Shown here piece after piece: positions 51,163 through 61,970 of a stretch of DNA of 64,000 nucleotides (its first letter is position 1; each line of letters starts with the position of its first letter). A model generated the notes under the pieces. The model was not told the DNA's origin. It did no database searches and was given only the letters and a program-made list of their open reading frames with translations. Origin of the DNA: an uncultured delta proteobacterium (lineage in GTDB: Bacteria; Desulfobacterota; Desulfobacteria; Desulfobacterales; QNYZ01); assembly GCA_963845145.1 (NCBI GenBank), contig CAWJQU010000005.1:1152001-1216000 (forward strand), read 5' to 3'. The position numbers were made by a program, and so were the translations under genes.

Positions 51163-52185
51163 TTATCCGGTTTTTGTAAAAAATGTCTCAAATGTGTTGA
51201 TAACTTTTTGAACATCCGCGGCACTAATGTCTATATGTGTAACCAGCCGGAATTGACCGCGACCGCTGATGAGAATACCCTGGGTTTTGCAATGGTCCGT
51301 CAATGCGTCAGATCGCTGAGGGTCAAGGGAGAAAAAGAGCATATTGGTTTGAACTTCAGCCGGGTTGATAGCCATTTCGGGAAATTTGGCCAGGCCCTTG
51401 GCGAGAGCGCTTGCATTTTCGTGGTCATCGGCCAGCCGGTCCACATGATTTTCCAGGGCATGGATGCCGGCCGCGGCCAGGATGCCGACCTGGCGCATGC
51501 CGCCACCCAAAACTTTGCGCCAGCGGCGGGCGCGGCGGATAAAATCTTTATTTCCGCATAAAACCGATCCCACCGGCGCACCCAGACCCTTTGAGAGACA
51601 AAACGAGATCGAATCAAACGGGCGGGTGATAACGGCCACAGGCAGGTTAAGCTTGACAGCCGCGTTGAAAATGCGCGCGCCATCCAGGTGCAGGGACAAA
51701 TCGTGCTGGTCGGCAAAGGGGCGTACTTTTTCTAAATAATCAAGCGGCAAGACCTTGCCGTTGTGGGTGTTTTCCAGACATAACAAACGCGTACGGGCAA
51801 AATGGTCATCGATGGGTTTGACCATCGCGGCGACTTTTTTGAGGTCCAATCGGCCATCTGTTTCAAAATGGATGGGTTGGGGCTGAATACTCGCAAGAAT
51901 GGCGCCGCCGCCGCCCTCGAATTTATAGGTATGGGCCTCCTGCCCCACGATATATTCGTCGCCCCGCCGGCAATGACTGAATAGGGCCAACAGGTTGCTC
52001 TGGGTTCCCGAAGAGACAAACAGGGCCGCTTCGGTTCCGATGATTTCAGCAGCCAGTTGTTCCAGGCGATTGACGGTTGGATCTTCACCGTAAACATCGT
52101 CGCCCACTTTAGCCTCAGCCATCACTGCACGCATTGCCGGTGTGGGACAAGTCACCGTATCGCTTCTAAGATCGATAAATGTCAT
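51163..52185 (-). CDS. ltaE: Low-specificity L-threonine aldolase
   Basis: DLRSDTVT, GDDVYGEDPT, HLDGAR, CLSKGLGAPVG. Confidence 0.96.
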   Translation of the reverse strand: MTFIDLRSDTVTCPTPAMRAVMAEAKVGDDVYGEDPTVNRLEQLAAEIIGTEAALFVSSGTQSNLLALFSHCRRGDEYIVGQEAHTYKFEGGGGAILASIQPQPIHFETDGRLDLKKVAAMVKPIDDHFARTRLLCLENTHNGKVLPLDYLEKVRPFADQHDLSLHLDGARIFNAAVKLNLPVAVITRPFDSISFCLSKGLGAPVGSVLCGNKDFIRRARRWRKVLGGGMRQVGILAAAGIHALENHVDRLADDHENASALAKGLAKFPEMAINPAEVQTNMLFFSLDPQRSDALTDHCKTQGILISGRGQFRLVTHIDISAADVQKVINTFETFFTKTG

Positions 52186-52443
52186 GAGAAGATGATTCCT
52201 ATCAATGTTTAACCGTTGACGTAAACAGACCTATTTTAACCAGCATTGATCGAAAATGCTCAAAGTGGGTATTAACAAAAGGGCTGATCGGGTGCAAGCC
52301 GGCAATGAATTGTCTTTTTTGGGTAACATTTAAGCCTATCCCATTTAAATCTGGATAGTTTCAGCGGATTCGTTTAAGAATAATGGTGAAAATCATATTG
52401 AATTCGCCAAAAGTCATCTGAAGTGATGGCACGGGAGGTTCGC

Positions 52444-53502
52444 ATGACAGACATCTATAAAGAGCTGGCCAAGCATCTGGATCATCTTCCGGCAGGTTTT
52501 CCGGCTACGGAGAGTGGGGTGGAGTTGCGTATTCTTAAGCGATTATTTTCGCAGGAAGAAGCGACAATCGCCATGGCGCTCACGATGATGGCCGAAACGC
52601 CTGCGCAGGTCGCTGCCAAACTGAATCGGGATGCGGCTGGGTTTGCACCCATTCTTGAAGAGATGGCGAAAAAAGGACTTATCTTTCGTTCTGCCAAAGG
52701 CGGCGAAACCAAATATAGTGCCGCCCAGTTCGTGGTTGGTATCTGGGAGTACCATGTCAATGACCTGTCTGAAGAGCTGGTTCGGGACATGAATGAGTAT
52801 ATTCCCCATCTGATGAAAAAATCGTGGGTGAAACACGATACCAAACAATTGCGGGTAGTACCTGTATCCAAAAGTGTCTCCGCTGAAATGAAAACGATGC
52901 CCTACGAGCAGGCCGAAGAGATTATCAACAGTCAATCCAAGATTGTGGTGGCACCCTGTATCTGTCGCAAAGAACATGAATTAATCGGAGAAGGGTGCGG
53001 CAAACCCATGGAAGCCTGCCTGGTTTTCGGGGCCGGTGCCTATTATTACGAGGAAAATGAGCTGGGACGCACCATCTCACAGGATGAAGCCCGGGCAATT
53101 TTAACCCAGGGGCTGGAAGCGGGACTGGTTTTACAGCCGGGCAATTCCCGGAAGCCATCCAATATTTGCCTCTGTTGCGGTTGTTGCTGTCAGATCTTAA
53201 AAAACCTCAGGACCCTGGATGCGCCGGCCAAAGTCGTGTCTACGAATTGGGTCGCCGGCGTGGATGAAGCGCTTTGCACCGCTTGTGAAGTCTGTGTGGA
53301 CCGGTGCCAGATGGATGCCATTACCATTGACGATTTTGCCCATGTAGACCCGGACCGCTGCATCGGATGTGGGTTGTGTGTACCCTCCTGCGATTTTGAC
53401 GCCATGACCCTGTTCGAAAAAGAACATGACGAACGCTATGTGCCGCCGCGTAATACGGTGGCCACCTACCTGAATTTAGCCAAAGAGCGGGGCTTGATGT
53501 AG
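52444..53502 (+). CDS. 4Fe-4S binding protein with N-terminal wHTH-like region
   Basis: CICR, ICLCCGCCC, CTACEVCVDRC, CIGCGLCVPSC. Confidence 0.85.
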   Translation: MTDIYKELAKHLDHLPAGFPATESGVELRILKRLFSQEEATIAMALTMMAETPAQVAAKLNRDAAGFAPILEEMAKKGLIFRSAKGGETKYSAAQFVVGIWEYHVNDLSEELVRDMNEYIPHLMKKSWVKHDTKQLRVVPVSKSVSAEMKTMPYEQAEEIINSQSKIVVAPCICRKEHELIGEGCGKPMEACLVFGAGAYYYEENELGRTISQDEARAILTQGLEAGLVLQPGNSRKPSNICLCCGCCCQILKNLRTLDAPAKVVSTNWVAGVDEALCTACEVCVDRCQMDAITIDDFAHVDPDRCIGCGLCVPSCDFDAMTLFEKEHDERYVPPRNTVATYLNLAKERGLM

Positions 53503-53664
53503 GGCGGAGGCAAGAATCGTTAATTTGCAATTATGAATTACGGCCCTATGTTTCGCCGATATTGACATTAACCGCTATGCGCTGATGGCTGAATGCGCCT
53601 ATTTGCGCATACCTTCTGGGGGCGACCCCTTTATTCGCGCCAACCAAATTGAAAGAATTTAAAG

Positions 53665-55398
53665 ATGACAGGTAAGGAACTGGTCGTTAAAGCGCTTAAA
53701 GACAAAGGCGTTCGATACGTCTTTGGTTATACCGGTGGTGCCATCATGCCGGTGTTAGACGAAATAGAAAAGCAAAAGGTCTTCACTTTTATCATGTCGC
53801 GACACGAACAGGGCGCCGCTTTTATGGCCCAGGGCGTATCGCGGGCATCGATTTCCACAGCCCGGCCCCAAGTCGGGGTGTGCATGGCCACCTCGGGACC
53901 GGGCGCAATGAATCTTGTGACCGGGATTGCGGATGCTATCATGGACTCCGTGCCGGTGGTCGCCATCACCGGCCAGGTTGCCTCCGGGGTAATTGCCACC
54001 GATGCCTTTCAGGAGAGTGATGTGGTGGGTGTCATGATGCCGTTGACCAAACAGGCCTACATGCCGCTATCGGCGGAAAAGATCGAAAAGACCATTCATG
54101 AGGCATTTTACCTGGCCGCCACGGGCCGGGGGGGACCGGTGGTCATCGATATCCCCAAAGATGTTCAGTCTCAAGCGACGGATGATACGTATTCGTTTGC
54201 CGCGGATACGTATGAGCCGGACCTGCCCGGTTTTTATTACTCACCAAATCCGGATCGTGACAAAATAAGAAAAGCGGTAAGTTTGATCAATAAAAGCGAA
54301 CGGCCGATGATTCTCTGCGGCCATGGTGTGATTACCGGTAATGCCGGTGCTGATCTTCAACAATTTGCCGAAAAAACAAATATTCCCATTGCATTCACCC
54401 TTCATGGGCTATCTGCCGTACCGGCCGATCACCCCTTAAGCCTTGGGATGGCGGGGATGCACGGGACAGTGGAGGCGAACCGATGCTTGGTCGGCGCGGA
54501 TTTGATTATTGCCTTGGGGATGCGTTTTGATGACCGGGTAACGGGGAATTTAGACGAATTCGGTCGGCAGGCCGATATTATTCACATCGAAATCGATGCA
54601 TCCGAAATCGACAAAAACGTTGCCACGAGTGTGGCCATCAATGCCGGTACATCGGAATCCTTGAAAGTTCTGATTAAAGATCCCGAACTGATACCCAACC
54701 CACATGCCTACTGGTTCGACCAGATTGCGCAGTATCGCCGTGAGATCGCGGCAGATATCCAGAAAGAGATGGATGGCGGCCTGGGTAAAGCGTCTCAATT
54801 GTTAATGAAGTCAATTGTCGGATCTCTCTCAAAAGTCACCGGAGGCAAGGATATTATCGTTTCCGATGTCGGTCAGCACCAGATGATTCTGGCCCGGTTT
54901 TACAATTTTCAGACGCCCAACAGCTGGTTTACCTCCGGCGGGGCCGGTACCATGGGGTGCGCGCTTCCCATGGCCATCGGCGTTAAGCTGGTCCGTCCCG
55001 GCGAACGGGTATGGTCGATCAGTGGCGACGGGGGATTTCAAATGAATATTCAGGAGCTTGGCGCCATCATGGAACATGAGGTTGATATCAAAATCCTCCT
55101 GTTTAACAACGGTTATCTGGGGATGGTGCGGCAATGGCAAACCCTGTTTTTCGACGGGCGCTATGCCGGTACCCCTATGAAAAATCCAAATTTCGGTGCC
55201 ATTGCCGGTGCGTATGGAATTCCCTTTCAAAAGGTGGAAACGTTGGATGCTGTCGAGGGTGCCCTTCGGACGGCGGCAGAACACGATGGTGCCTATATGG
55301 TCGAATTTATATGCGATCCGAGTGAAATTGTTCTGCCGATGGTTCCGGCGGGTGCCGGGGTCGGCGAGATGATCCTGTCGGTCGACGATCCGGATTGA
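53665..55398 (+). CDS. ilvB: Acetolactate synthase large subunit
   Basis: RHEQGA, TSGPGA, DAFQE, RFDDRVTG, GDGGFQMN, LGMVRQWQ. Confidence 0.96.
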   Translation: MTGKELVVKALKDKGVRYVFGYTGGAIMPVLDEIEKQKVFTFIMSRHEQGAAFMAQGVSRASISTARPQVGVCMATSGPGAMNLVTGIADAIMDSVPVVAITGQVASGVIATDAFQESDVVGVMMPLTKQAYMPLSAEKIEKTIHEAFYLAATGRGGPVVIDIPKDVQSQATDDTYSFAADTYEPDLPGFYYSPNPDRDKIRKAVSLINKSERPMILCGHGVITGNAGADLQQFAEKTNIPIAFTLHGLSAVPADHPLSLGMAGMHGTVEANRCLVGADLIIALGMRFDDRVTGNLDEFGRQADIIHIEIDASEIDKNVATSVAINAGTSESLKVLIKDPELIPNPHAYWFDQIAQYRREIAADIQKEMDGGLGKASQLLMKSIVGSLSKVTGGKDIIVSDVGQHQMILARFYNFQTPNSWFTSGGAGTMGCALPMAIGVKLVRPGERVWSISGDGGFQMNIQELGAIMEHEVDIKILLFNNGYLGMVRQWQTLFFDGRYAGTPMKNPNFGAIAGAYGIPFQKVETLDAVEGALRTAAEHDGAYMVEFICDPSEIVLPMVPAGAGVGEMILSVDDPD

Positions 55399-55524
55399 TT
55401 TTCGGTATCAGCGGGGTCGATACGGCACTGTAAGTTGGCGCCTTGGATTCACATCAACAATAAAATCCTTTACCAAATAGCGGGGCGATTATTTCCCGCT
55501 TAGGGCAATACAACGGAGCGATGA

Positions 55525-56016
55525 ATGTCGGCGTTGAAGAAAACGAAAAGGCGGGCCATCCTGGTGTTCGTTCAGAATCGCCAGGGCGTCCTCAATAAAA
55601 TTTCGATGTTAATCCGTCGCAAGATGTACAATGTTGAAACCATCACGGCCTGTAAAACCCATCTGCGGCCGAAAATCAGCCGCCTCACGATCACCCTGAG
55701 GGAGGATCGGGATGATAAGATGAAGCAGGTCATCAAGCAGATCGAAAAGGTGACAGAGGTGATTTCGGCCAAAGAGCTCGATATCGATCAGAGTTTCTGG
55801 CGGGAAGTGGCCATGGTAAAGACCGAAGCGGATGTTTCCCATATTGAACGACTGGGAGATAAATTTAATTTTGACGTTCTCCACAGGCAGAACCACGGCC
55901 GTTTTATTGTTCAGATTGCCGGGACCTCCAAAGAGATCGACGACTTTCTGCACGAACTCGGCCGGGAAAAGATCGTTGAAGTGGCCCGATCCGGTTTTAC
56001 CGCAATAGAAAAGTAA
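55525..56016 (+). CDS. ilvN: Acetolactate synthase small (ACT) subunit
   Basis: NRQGVL..I, YNVETI, QVIKQIEK, EVARSG. Confidence 0.9.
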   Translation: MSALKKTKRRAILVFVQNRQGVLNKISMLIRRKMYNVETITACKTHLRPKISRLTITLREDRDDKMKQVIKQIEKVTEVISAKELDIDQSFWREVAMVKTEADVSHIERLGDKFNFDVLHRQNHGRFIVQIAGTSKEIDDFLHELGREKIVEVARSGFTAIEK

Positions 56017-56031
56017 TCACCCTAAACGACC

Positions 56032-57399
56032 TTAATTTATTTGCGATTGAATTTCAGCGACATCAATCTCATACTTTTTTATCTTGTAATGAATTGATCT
56101 TCGACTGATTCCCAAAAGGTCTGCGGCCTTTTTTTGAACCCCTCGGGTTTCCTTGAGGGCGCGCACGATCGTGTTTCGTTCAATGGCATCCAAAGATAAT
56201 GGTTCCTGATCGGGCAACACCTCCTGGGACAGTTCCGGGAGACCGGCGAGATGCAGGTCTTCGATTTTTAAGACATTATTTTGGCATATAACGGCGCCTG
56301 CTTCTAAGGCGTTTTTAAGTTCGCGAATATTTCCCGGCCAGGGGTAATCGCAAAGCCATCGAATGGTTTCAGGTGGAATCTTAATCGAAGGCATTTTGTT
56401 TTTTTCTAAAAATTTCGTTATGAAAAACCACGCCAAGTCGGGAATATCTTCCTTGCGCTCCCGAAGCGACGGCATTTTTAAGGTGACCACACGCAGACGA
56501 TAGTACAGATCCTCTCGGAACTTGCCTGATTTAATGTCATCGCTAAGGTTCGAATTTGTGGCGGAAATAATTCGGCAATCCACGGTCGTTTTGGTCAACT
56601 CTCCAATGCGTCTAATTTTGTAATCTTCAAGAAACCGAAGCAGGCGTGTCTGCATTTCGGGGGAAATGTTTCCGATTTCATCCAAAAACAGCGTACCTTG
56701 ATCCGCCGCTTCAATCAGTCCTCTTTTATCATTGACGGCAGAGGTAAAGGATCCCTTCACATGGCCGAACAGCTCGCTTTCTAGTAGCCCGGTGGGGGTT
56801 GAACCACAGTCAACGACAGCAAAGGGAAATTGTTTGCGTGAACTGATTTGATGAATGCCGCGAGCAACGTATTCTTTTCCTGTGCCGCTTTCTCCAAGTA
56901 TGAGCAGATTAACGTCGCTGGAGGCGACTTTCTTAATGAGACTATACAAATCCTTCATGGCAGCGCTTTTGGTGACCATCGAAAAGGCGTTTCCGGTCAA
57001 AGGCGCTTCACCTTTTTCGGCAGGTGTTGTTTTTTTCGCAATAATATCGTTTAATTTTTTGACAAGTTCGCGGCCGTCAAAGGGTTTCACCAGATAATCG
57101 ACGGCGCCGGCTTTGACGGCCCGGACCGCATCGGGAATCGTGCCATAAGCTGTTAGGAAAAGTACCGGGAGGCTTGGATCAATGGTTTGCAATTCAGCGA
57201 AAAGATCCATCCCCCCCATATTCGGCATTTTCATATCCGATATGACCACAGCCACACGATGCGTTTTGATATAATCAAGCGCTTTTTGGGCGTTATTCGC
57301 TTTGATAACGTTGAATCCGGCCGAAGAAAGACGTGCATTTAATACTTCTAGAACATTTCGGTCATCATCGACAACCAGTATTCTTTGTTTTGAACTCAA
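56032..57399 (-). CDS. Sigma54-dependent response regulator (NtrC family)
   Basis: REC domain; GESGTGKE, ESELFGH.KGSFTSA, FLDEIG, WPGNIREL; Fis HTH. Confidence 0.96.
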   Translation of the reverse strand: MSSKQRILVVDDDRNVLEVLNARLSSAGFNVIKANNAQKALDYIKTHRVAVVISDMKMPNMGGMDLFAELQTIDPSLPVLFLTAYGTIPDAVRAVKAGAVDYLVKPFDGRELVKKLNDIIAKKTTPAEKGEAPLTGNAFSMVTKSAAMKDLYSLIKKVASSDVNLLILGESGTGKEYVARGIHQISSRKQFPFAVVDCGSTPTGLLESELFGHVKGSFTSAVNDKRGLIEAADQGTLFLDEIGNISPEMQTRLLRFLEDYKIRRIGELTKTTVDCRIISATNSNLSDDIKSGKFREDLYYRLRVVTLKMPSLRERKEDIPDLAWFFITKFLEKNKMPSIKIPPETIRWLCDYPWPGNIRELKNALEAGAVICQNNVLKIEDLHLAGLPELSQEVLPDQEPLSLDAIERNTIVRALKETRGVQKKAADLLGISRRSIHYKIKKYEIDVAEIQSQIN

Positions 57400-58040
57400 A
57401 ATAATTTCCTGTGTTGGGTGGGGTTCTTTTTTTCCTGAATTTTTTGATCAATTTCCTCAATGGATTTTATTTTATTTTTTAACGTTTTTGCCTCGGCCTT
57501 GATTGCTTTGATTTTCTGATTTAACCGATCAATTTCTTCGTCCCTGAGGTTTATACTTTCCCGATATTGATAGGCACATTTCACATCTATTTCCGCTTTC
57601 GATTTATCTTCTTCCTGGTCCTGTGGTCCGATATGTTTTAGCAAAACCGACAAAACTTTAAACTCGCTAGTTCCAAGTTGTACAGGTTCGGATTCTGCCA
57701 GCGCCTCTAAACGCTTCACAGCCGCTCTAAACTCTTTTGAGGTATCGGTCAAAATCAATTGTGTACAATTAAAAGCAAACTGCGCTTTTTTCGAAAGATC
57801 TGAATCGTCGCTTTGCAGACTCAACTTGAAAAGATTAGAAGCTTGTTTAAAATCTTCGCGGAAAAAAGCCTTGTAGCCATTTTCAAGTGATTGTTTTTTG
57901 GTCACATCCGAAACGCTGATATTTTTTTGAACATCAACAACTTTTAGGGGGCCACAACCTGAAATAACAATGATAGCAATAAGAAGCGTGAACCATTTTA
58001 ACCGATAGAATTTTAGATTGAGATGTTGTATTTTTTTCAT
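57396..58040 (-). CDS. Putative lipoprotein with C-terminal coiled coil (QseG/YfhG-like position)
   Basis: Lipobox ISGC; KIKSIEEIDQKI coiled coil; lies between kinase and regulator. Confidence 0.72.
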   Translation of the reverse strand: MKKIQHLNLKFYRLKWFTLLIAIIVISGCGPLKVVDVQKNISVSDVTKKQSLENGYKAFFREDFKQASNLFKLSLQSDDSDLSKKAQFAFNCTQLILTDTSKEFRAAVKRLEALAESEPVQLGTSEFKVLSVLLKHIGPQDQEEDKSKAEIDVKCAYQYRESINLRDEEIDRLNQKIKAIKAEAKTLKNKIKSIEEIDQKIQEKKNPTQHRKLF

Positions 58041-58054
58041 GATATTTTTATCTA

Positions 58055-59497
58055 TTACTCCGCTTGAGAGAGCGTGAAGAAAAAAGTACTTCCTTTTCCG
58101 GGCACGCTCGTCACCCATATTTTACCGCCGTGGGACGCTATAATCTGTTTGGATATGTTTAAACCGAGACCGACTCCGTCCAGATGATCCCTTATTTCCT
58201 TGGCCCGATAATATTTGTTGAATATCAATTCCTGTTCCGACTTGGAAATGCCGCGTCCATTGTCTGAAATTTGGTAGAGAACTTGTCTATTGGTTGCGTT
58301 ATTTTTGATGCTTACTTGAATTTTACAGCCTTGTTTAGAAAACTTAATGGCATTTCCCAATAGATTAATCATGACTTGTTTGAGTTGCTTAAAATCGCCC
58401 AAAATTTTTGGTATTCCGGGCGGAATAATTAGATCTATATGAATCCCTTTGGATTTTGCCACCGGATTGAACTGATCGATACTCCGAATAACAAAGTTCA
58501 ACGGGTCCAACGGAGAGGGCGCGGCTTTTACTGGCATTTCTCCTAACCGTGACACATGCATCAAGTGATTTAATAATTCACAGATGCGGCCAATCTCCAC
58601 ACTTGCAATTTTAAGAAATTTGGTTTGCCTGGGATTGGTTGGTCCCATAACCTTTTCGGCAATTAAATTGACGGATTCACGGATGGAAGTCAGGGGCGTT
58701 CTGATTTCATGGCTCAAGGTCGTAATAAAGTCAGACCGCATGAGTTCTTCTTCTCTTAACTGCTTGGCCATTTCATTAAAAGCGGTTGCCAGTTCACCAA
58801 ATTCATCCTTGGAAAGGATATCTATCGAAGGGCTATAGCGATCTGTGGTAATTGATCGAATGCCCTTACGGAGTTCTTGAAGGGGTCGAATCATCGATCG
58901 TGCAATAAATAGAATCCAAATTAAACCGACTAAAATAGAGATGACCAGTCCGGTTAAGCCGTATCGAAGCGCTCGTCGCCCCCATTCATTCAGCTCGATG
59001 TTTGCTAAAATAATATTCTGTTCGTTTTCTAAGCGGGCCGCGTTGAGGGTTTCAATCCATTGGTTAATCACACCTTCGGATATCCATAAGGTGTGTGCTG
59101 ATTCATATTCAGACGGAGATCCAAGCGATTCCGCAACTTCAGAATAACTTTTATAAAACGCCCGCCACGTATCGGATACCGTAAACTCGGGCGATTCAAG
59201 CCGTATAATATCATCGAGGTCTGATTCGAAGGCTTTTTGAGCCGTAATAAAAAATTCCAGATAGTCCTTTTTCTTTAATAAGAAATATTTTTTTTCATTT
59301 TCCTCCATATTAAAAAGGCTTTCGATCATCTTTTTGGAAGCGGATGAGATCTTATGGTGCTTGTTAATAATATCGTCGGATAAACGCAACATTTGGCGTA
59401 CATCCAGATAGAGAATAAAAAGGGTGCCATAAAATATTAAGATAAAAATGGCATATGATAAAAACAGTTTTCCGACAACGCCTAAGCCTGGTTTCAT
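58055..59497 (-). CDS. HAMP-containing sensor histidine kinase
   Basis: 2 TM; DEFGELA..FNEM, SHEIRTPL, NLLGNAIKF, DNGRG, GLGL. Confidence 0.96.
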   Translation of the reverse strand: MKPGLGVVGKLFLSYAIFILIFYGTLFILYLDVRQMLRLSDDIINKHHKISSASKKMIESLFNMEENEKKYFLLKKKDYLEFFITAQKAFESDLDDIIRLESPEFTVSDTWRAFYKSYSEVAESLGSPSEYESAHTLWISEGVINQWIETLNAARLENEQNIILANIELNEWGRRALRYGLTGLVISILVGLIWILFIARSMIRPLQELRKGIRSITTDRYSPSIDILSKDEFGELATAFNEMAKQLREEELMRSDFITTLSHEIRTPLTSIRESVNLIAEKVMGPTNPRQTKFLKIASVEIGRICELLNHLMHVSRLGEMPVKAAPSPLDPLNFVIRSIDQFNPVAKSKGIHIDLIIPPGIPKILGDFKQLKQVMINLLGNAIKFSKQGCKIQVSIKNNATNRQVLYQISDNGRGISKSEQELIFNKYYRAKEIRDHLDGVGLGLNISKQIIASHGGKIWVTSVPGKGSTFFFTLSQAE

Positions 59498-59748
59498 TCC
59501 GGTCTCTACGCTATAAATTCAAACCATTAATTTTCTGACACTTTTTAAAGCATGGGATTTCATACCTATCCTAATCTATGCCCGACCAGCCCAGGCGATG
59601 TCAAGGATCAAGTCGCCAACCCTATGAAAGTAGGTTTTTTAATCTGCGCAATTATCGTAACCGCCTGGGAAGATCTGGTAACGATAACGACTTTTGCGCC
59701 AAACTCTAAAAATACGGATTCTATTGATATTTCTATCAGATATCTAAA

Positions 59749-59764
59749 TGGCACAGGTTTTGCT
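59749..59764 (+). promoter_or_regulatory. Sigma54 (-24/-12) promoter
   Basis: TGGCAC-AGGTT-TTGCT, exact consensus spacing; divergent from the kinase operon. Confidence 0.85.
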
Positions 59765-60183
59765 TAGGCCAAGCCAAGATCTAAGCAATATCAAAACAAT
59801 GTCACGGCAATGGTAAGGCGGTAGCAAGACAATAACAAGACAATAACATCCGGTCCCTTTATCCGTATGTGTTTACAAAAGAGCGTAGTTTTGGCTTCAA
59901 AAGCCGGAAATGGGGTTTAGCCAAATAGGGCAATCGTGGTCAGGGAATTCCAAAAAAAGTGATGAGCCGTTAAATGTATAAGTTGGCATACGGGTATTTT
60001 TAAAGTGCCGGAATGCCGTGAGCGGACCTTGGAAAGGGTTTTAAAAACAACTATGGCGAAAGGGGGTGAATAAAACATCAGAAACCGGATAGGAAAAAAT
60101 CAAGCAGGATAGTACTATGCAGAATAGGAACAAATAGGATAGTAGAAAAGTTAACCAAATCATAATAAAAAGGAAACCGAGAA

Positions 60184-60465
60184 ATGAAACTGAGAAAACA
60201 CTTATCTAAACTTGTCTTTGTAACCTTGATCCTTTCACTCATTGCGGGAACCGCCATAGCCGGCAAAGATATGACAACCATCAAAGGGGTCGTTGAGAAA
60301 ACAGAAGCCGGGTTCGTCATTACAACCGACAAAGGTGAATATACCGCCGAGGGTGCGGATTTAGCGCCGATGGTGGGAAAGACCGTTGAGGCCACGGGCA
60401 AAGTCGCTGAAAGTGATTCAGGGATGGTCATTAAAGTGCTGGCGGTTAAAGAAGTAAAGATGTAA
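60184..60465 (+). CDS. Small secreted protein (probable OB-fold beta barrel)
   Basis: Signal peptide ending AIA; IKGVV...VGKTVEATG. Confidence 0.8.
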   Translation: MKLRKHLSKLVFVTLILSLIAGTAIAGKDMTTIKGVVEKTEAGFVITTDKGEYTAEGADLAPMVGKTVEATGKVAESDSGMVIKVLAVKEVKM

Positions 60466-60702
60466 GCAGCGCCGCACTATTGATTTTATCAAAACGGTTT
60501 TTCTAAAAAACCGTCGCCCTGCCGGCGATAAGACAAGGATTGTCGAACGTAAAAGCTGGCAGGGCCAGATAAAATCTGAAGTGGTTTTAAACCTTGTCTC
60601 AATGTGGTCAATAGGGTCTAAATGTAGTCAATCAGTTTGCCGGCCGATATATCAACCAATTATGTGCCAATCAAAAGTGGTGCTGCCTGCCTTCTGAAAC
60701 CG

Positions 60703-61908
60703 TTATTCATTTTCGATCAGCATTGACATACCCATACCGCCACCCACACAAAGCGTAGCAAGCCCTAATGATAGGGCACGCGCTTTCATCTCGTTTAAAA
60801 GCGTAATAACGATGCGGGTACCGGTACATCCCACCGGATGTCCAAGCCCGATACCGGAACCGTTCACATTGGTAATATCCCGATTTAAATCCAGCTCTTT
60901 TTCACAGGCAATGTATTGGGCGGCAAACGCTTCGTTGACCTCAATCAGCTCGATGTCGGACATTTTGATATCGGTTTTTTTGAACAGTTTACGGGTAGCC
61001 GGCACCGGCCCGATACCCATTAAACGAGGGTCACAACCTGATACCGCATGGGCTTTGATTTTTGCCAGTACGGGCAACCCCAGTTCATTCGCTTTACGTC
61101 TGCCGGCGATAAGACAGATTGCCGCACCATCGTTAAGCCCGGATGCATTTCCAACGGTTACACTCCCTTTTTTATCAAACGCCGGTGCCAGGCGAGAAAG
61201 ATCTTCCATGGTTAACCCTGGACGGACGTGTTCATCGGTATCGAATAGAAGCGGATCGCCTTTGGGCATAGGGATAGAAACGGGAATGATTTCATTTTTA
61301 AACTTGCCCTGGTTCATCGCGGCCTCGGCATTGTGATGACTTCGCAAGGCAACAACATCCTGCTCTTCCCGCGATATCCGGTATTTTTGGGCCAGGTTTT
61401 CTGCGGTTTGCCCCATGATATAACCGGGCGGATCCAGAACGGTTGACCCTGAGTGCAGCATTTCCCACATTGAATCCATCATCACACCATGCTTTAGCCG
61501 GGTTCCCCAGCGAGCGGTGGGCAAGCAATAAAAAGCATTGGACATACTCTCAACACCGCCGGCAATAATTAAATCCGCATCTCCAAGACGAATACGGTCG
61601 CTGGCCTGGGCCAAGGCCTCCATGGCGCTGGCGCATTGGCGCTGGATCGTAACGGCGGGCACATGCTCGGGTATGCCGGCTGCCAGGGCCGTGGTCCGGG
61701 CGGTAGTCGCTTCATCAGGACACTGCATGCAATCTCCTAAGATCACGTCGTCCAGCAGGCCAGGGTCCAGATCAGGGACTCCGGACAAGACACCTTGAAT
61801 GATCTGGGCGCCCAGTTGGTGAGCCCGTAAATGTTTCAACCCTCCCCCAAAATCACCGATAGCACTACGGCCCATGGCAACGATGACAGCATCACTACTT
61901 GATTTCAT
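60703..61908 (-). CDS. Thiolase (acetyl-CoA acyltransferase)
   Basis: QCASAM, GGVESMS, NASGLNDGA, NEAFA, GHPVG, LCVGGG. Confidence 0.96.
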   Translation of the reverse strand: MKSSSDAVIVAMGRSAIGDFGGGLKHLRAHQLGAQIIQGVLSGVPDLDPGLLDDVILGDCMQCPDEATTARTTALAAGIPEHVPAVTIQRQCASAMEALAQASDRIRLGDADLIIAGGVESMSNAFYCLPTARWGTRLKHGVMMDSMWEMLHSGSTVLDPPGYIMGQTAENLAQKYRISREEQDVVALRSHHNAEAAMNQGKFKNEIIPVSIPMPKGDPLLFDTDEHVRPGLTMEDLSRLAPAFDKKGSVTVGNASGLNDGAAICLIAGRRKANELGLPVLAKIKAHAVSGCDPRLMGIGPVPATRKLFKKTDIKMSDIELIEVNEAFAAQYIACEKELDLNRDITNVNGSGIGLGHPVGCTGTRIVITLLNEMKARALSLGLATLCVGGGMGMSMLIENE

Positions 61909-61970
61909 TTTTCAATCTCCTAACCCGGTTCGTATCATTATCGAATAATTTTAAACTGGTAGCCGTGCGG

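Noticed and set aside
53503..53664. Branched-chain amino-acid attenuator upstream of ilvB
   Set aside because: Short ORFs there lack Ile/Leu/Val runs and no U-tailed terminator is evident
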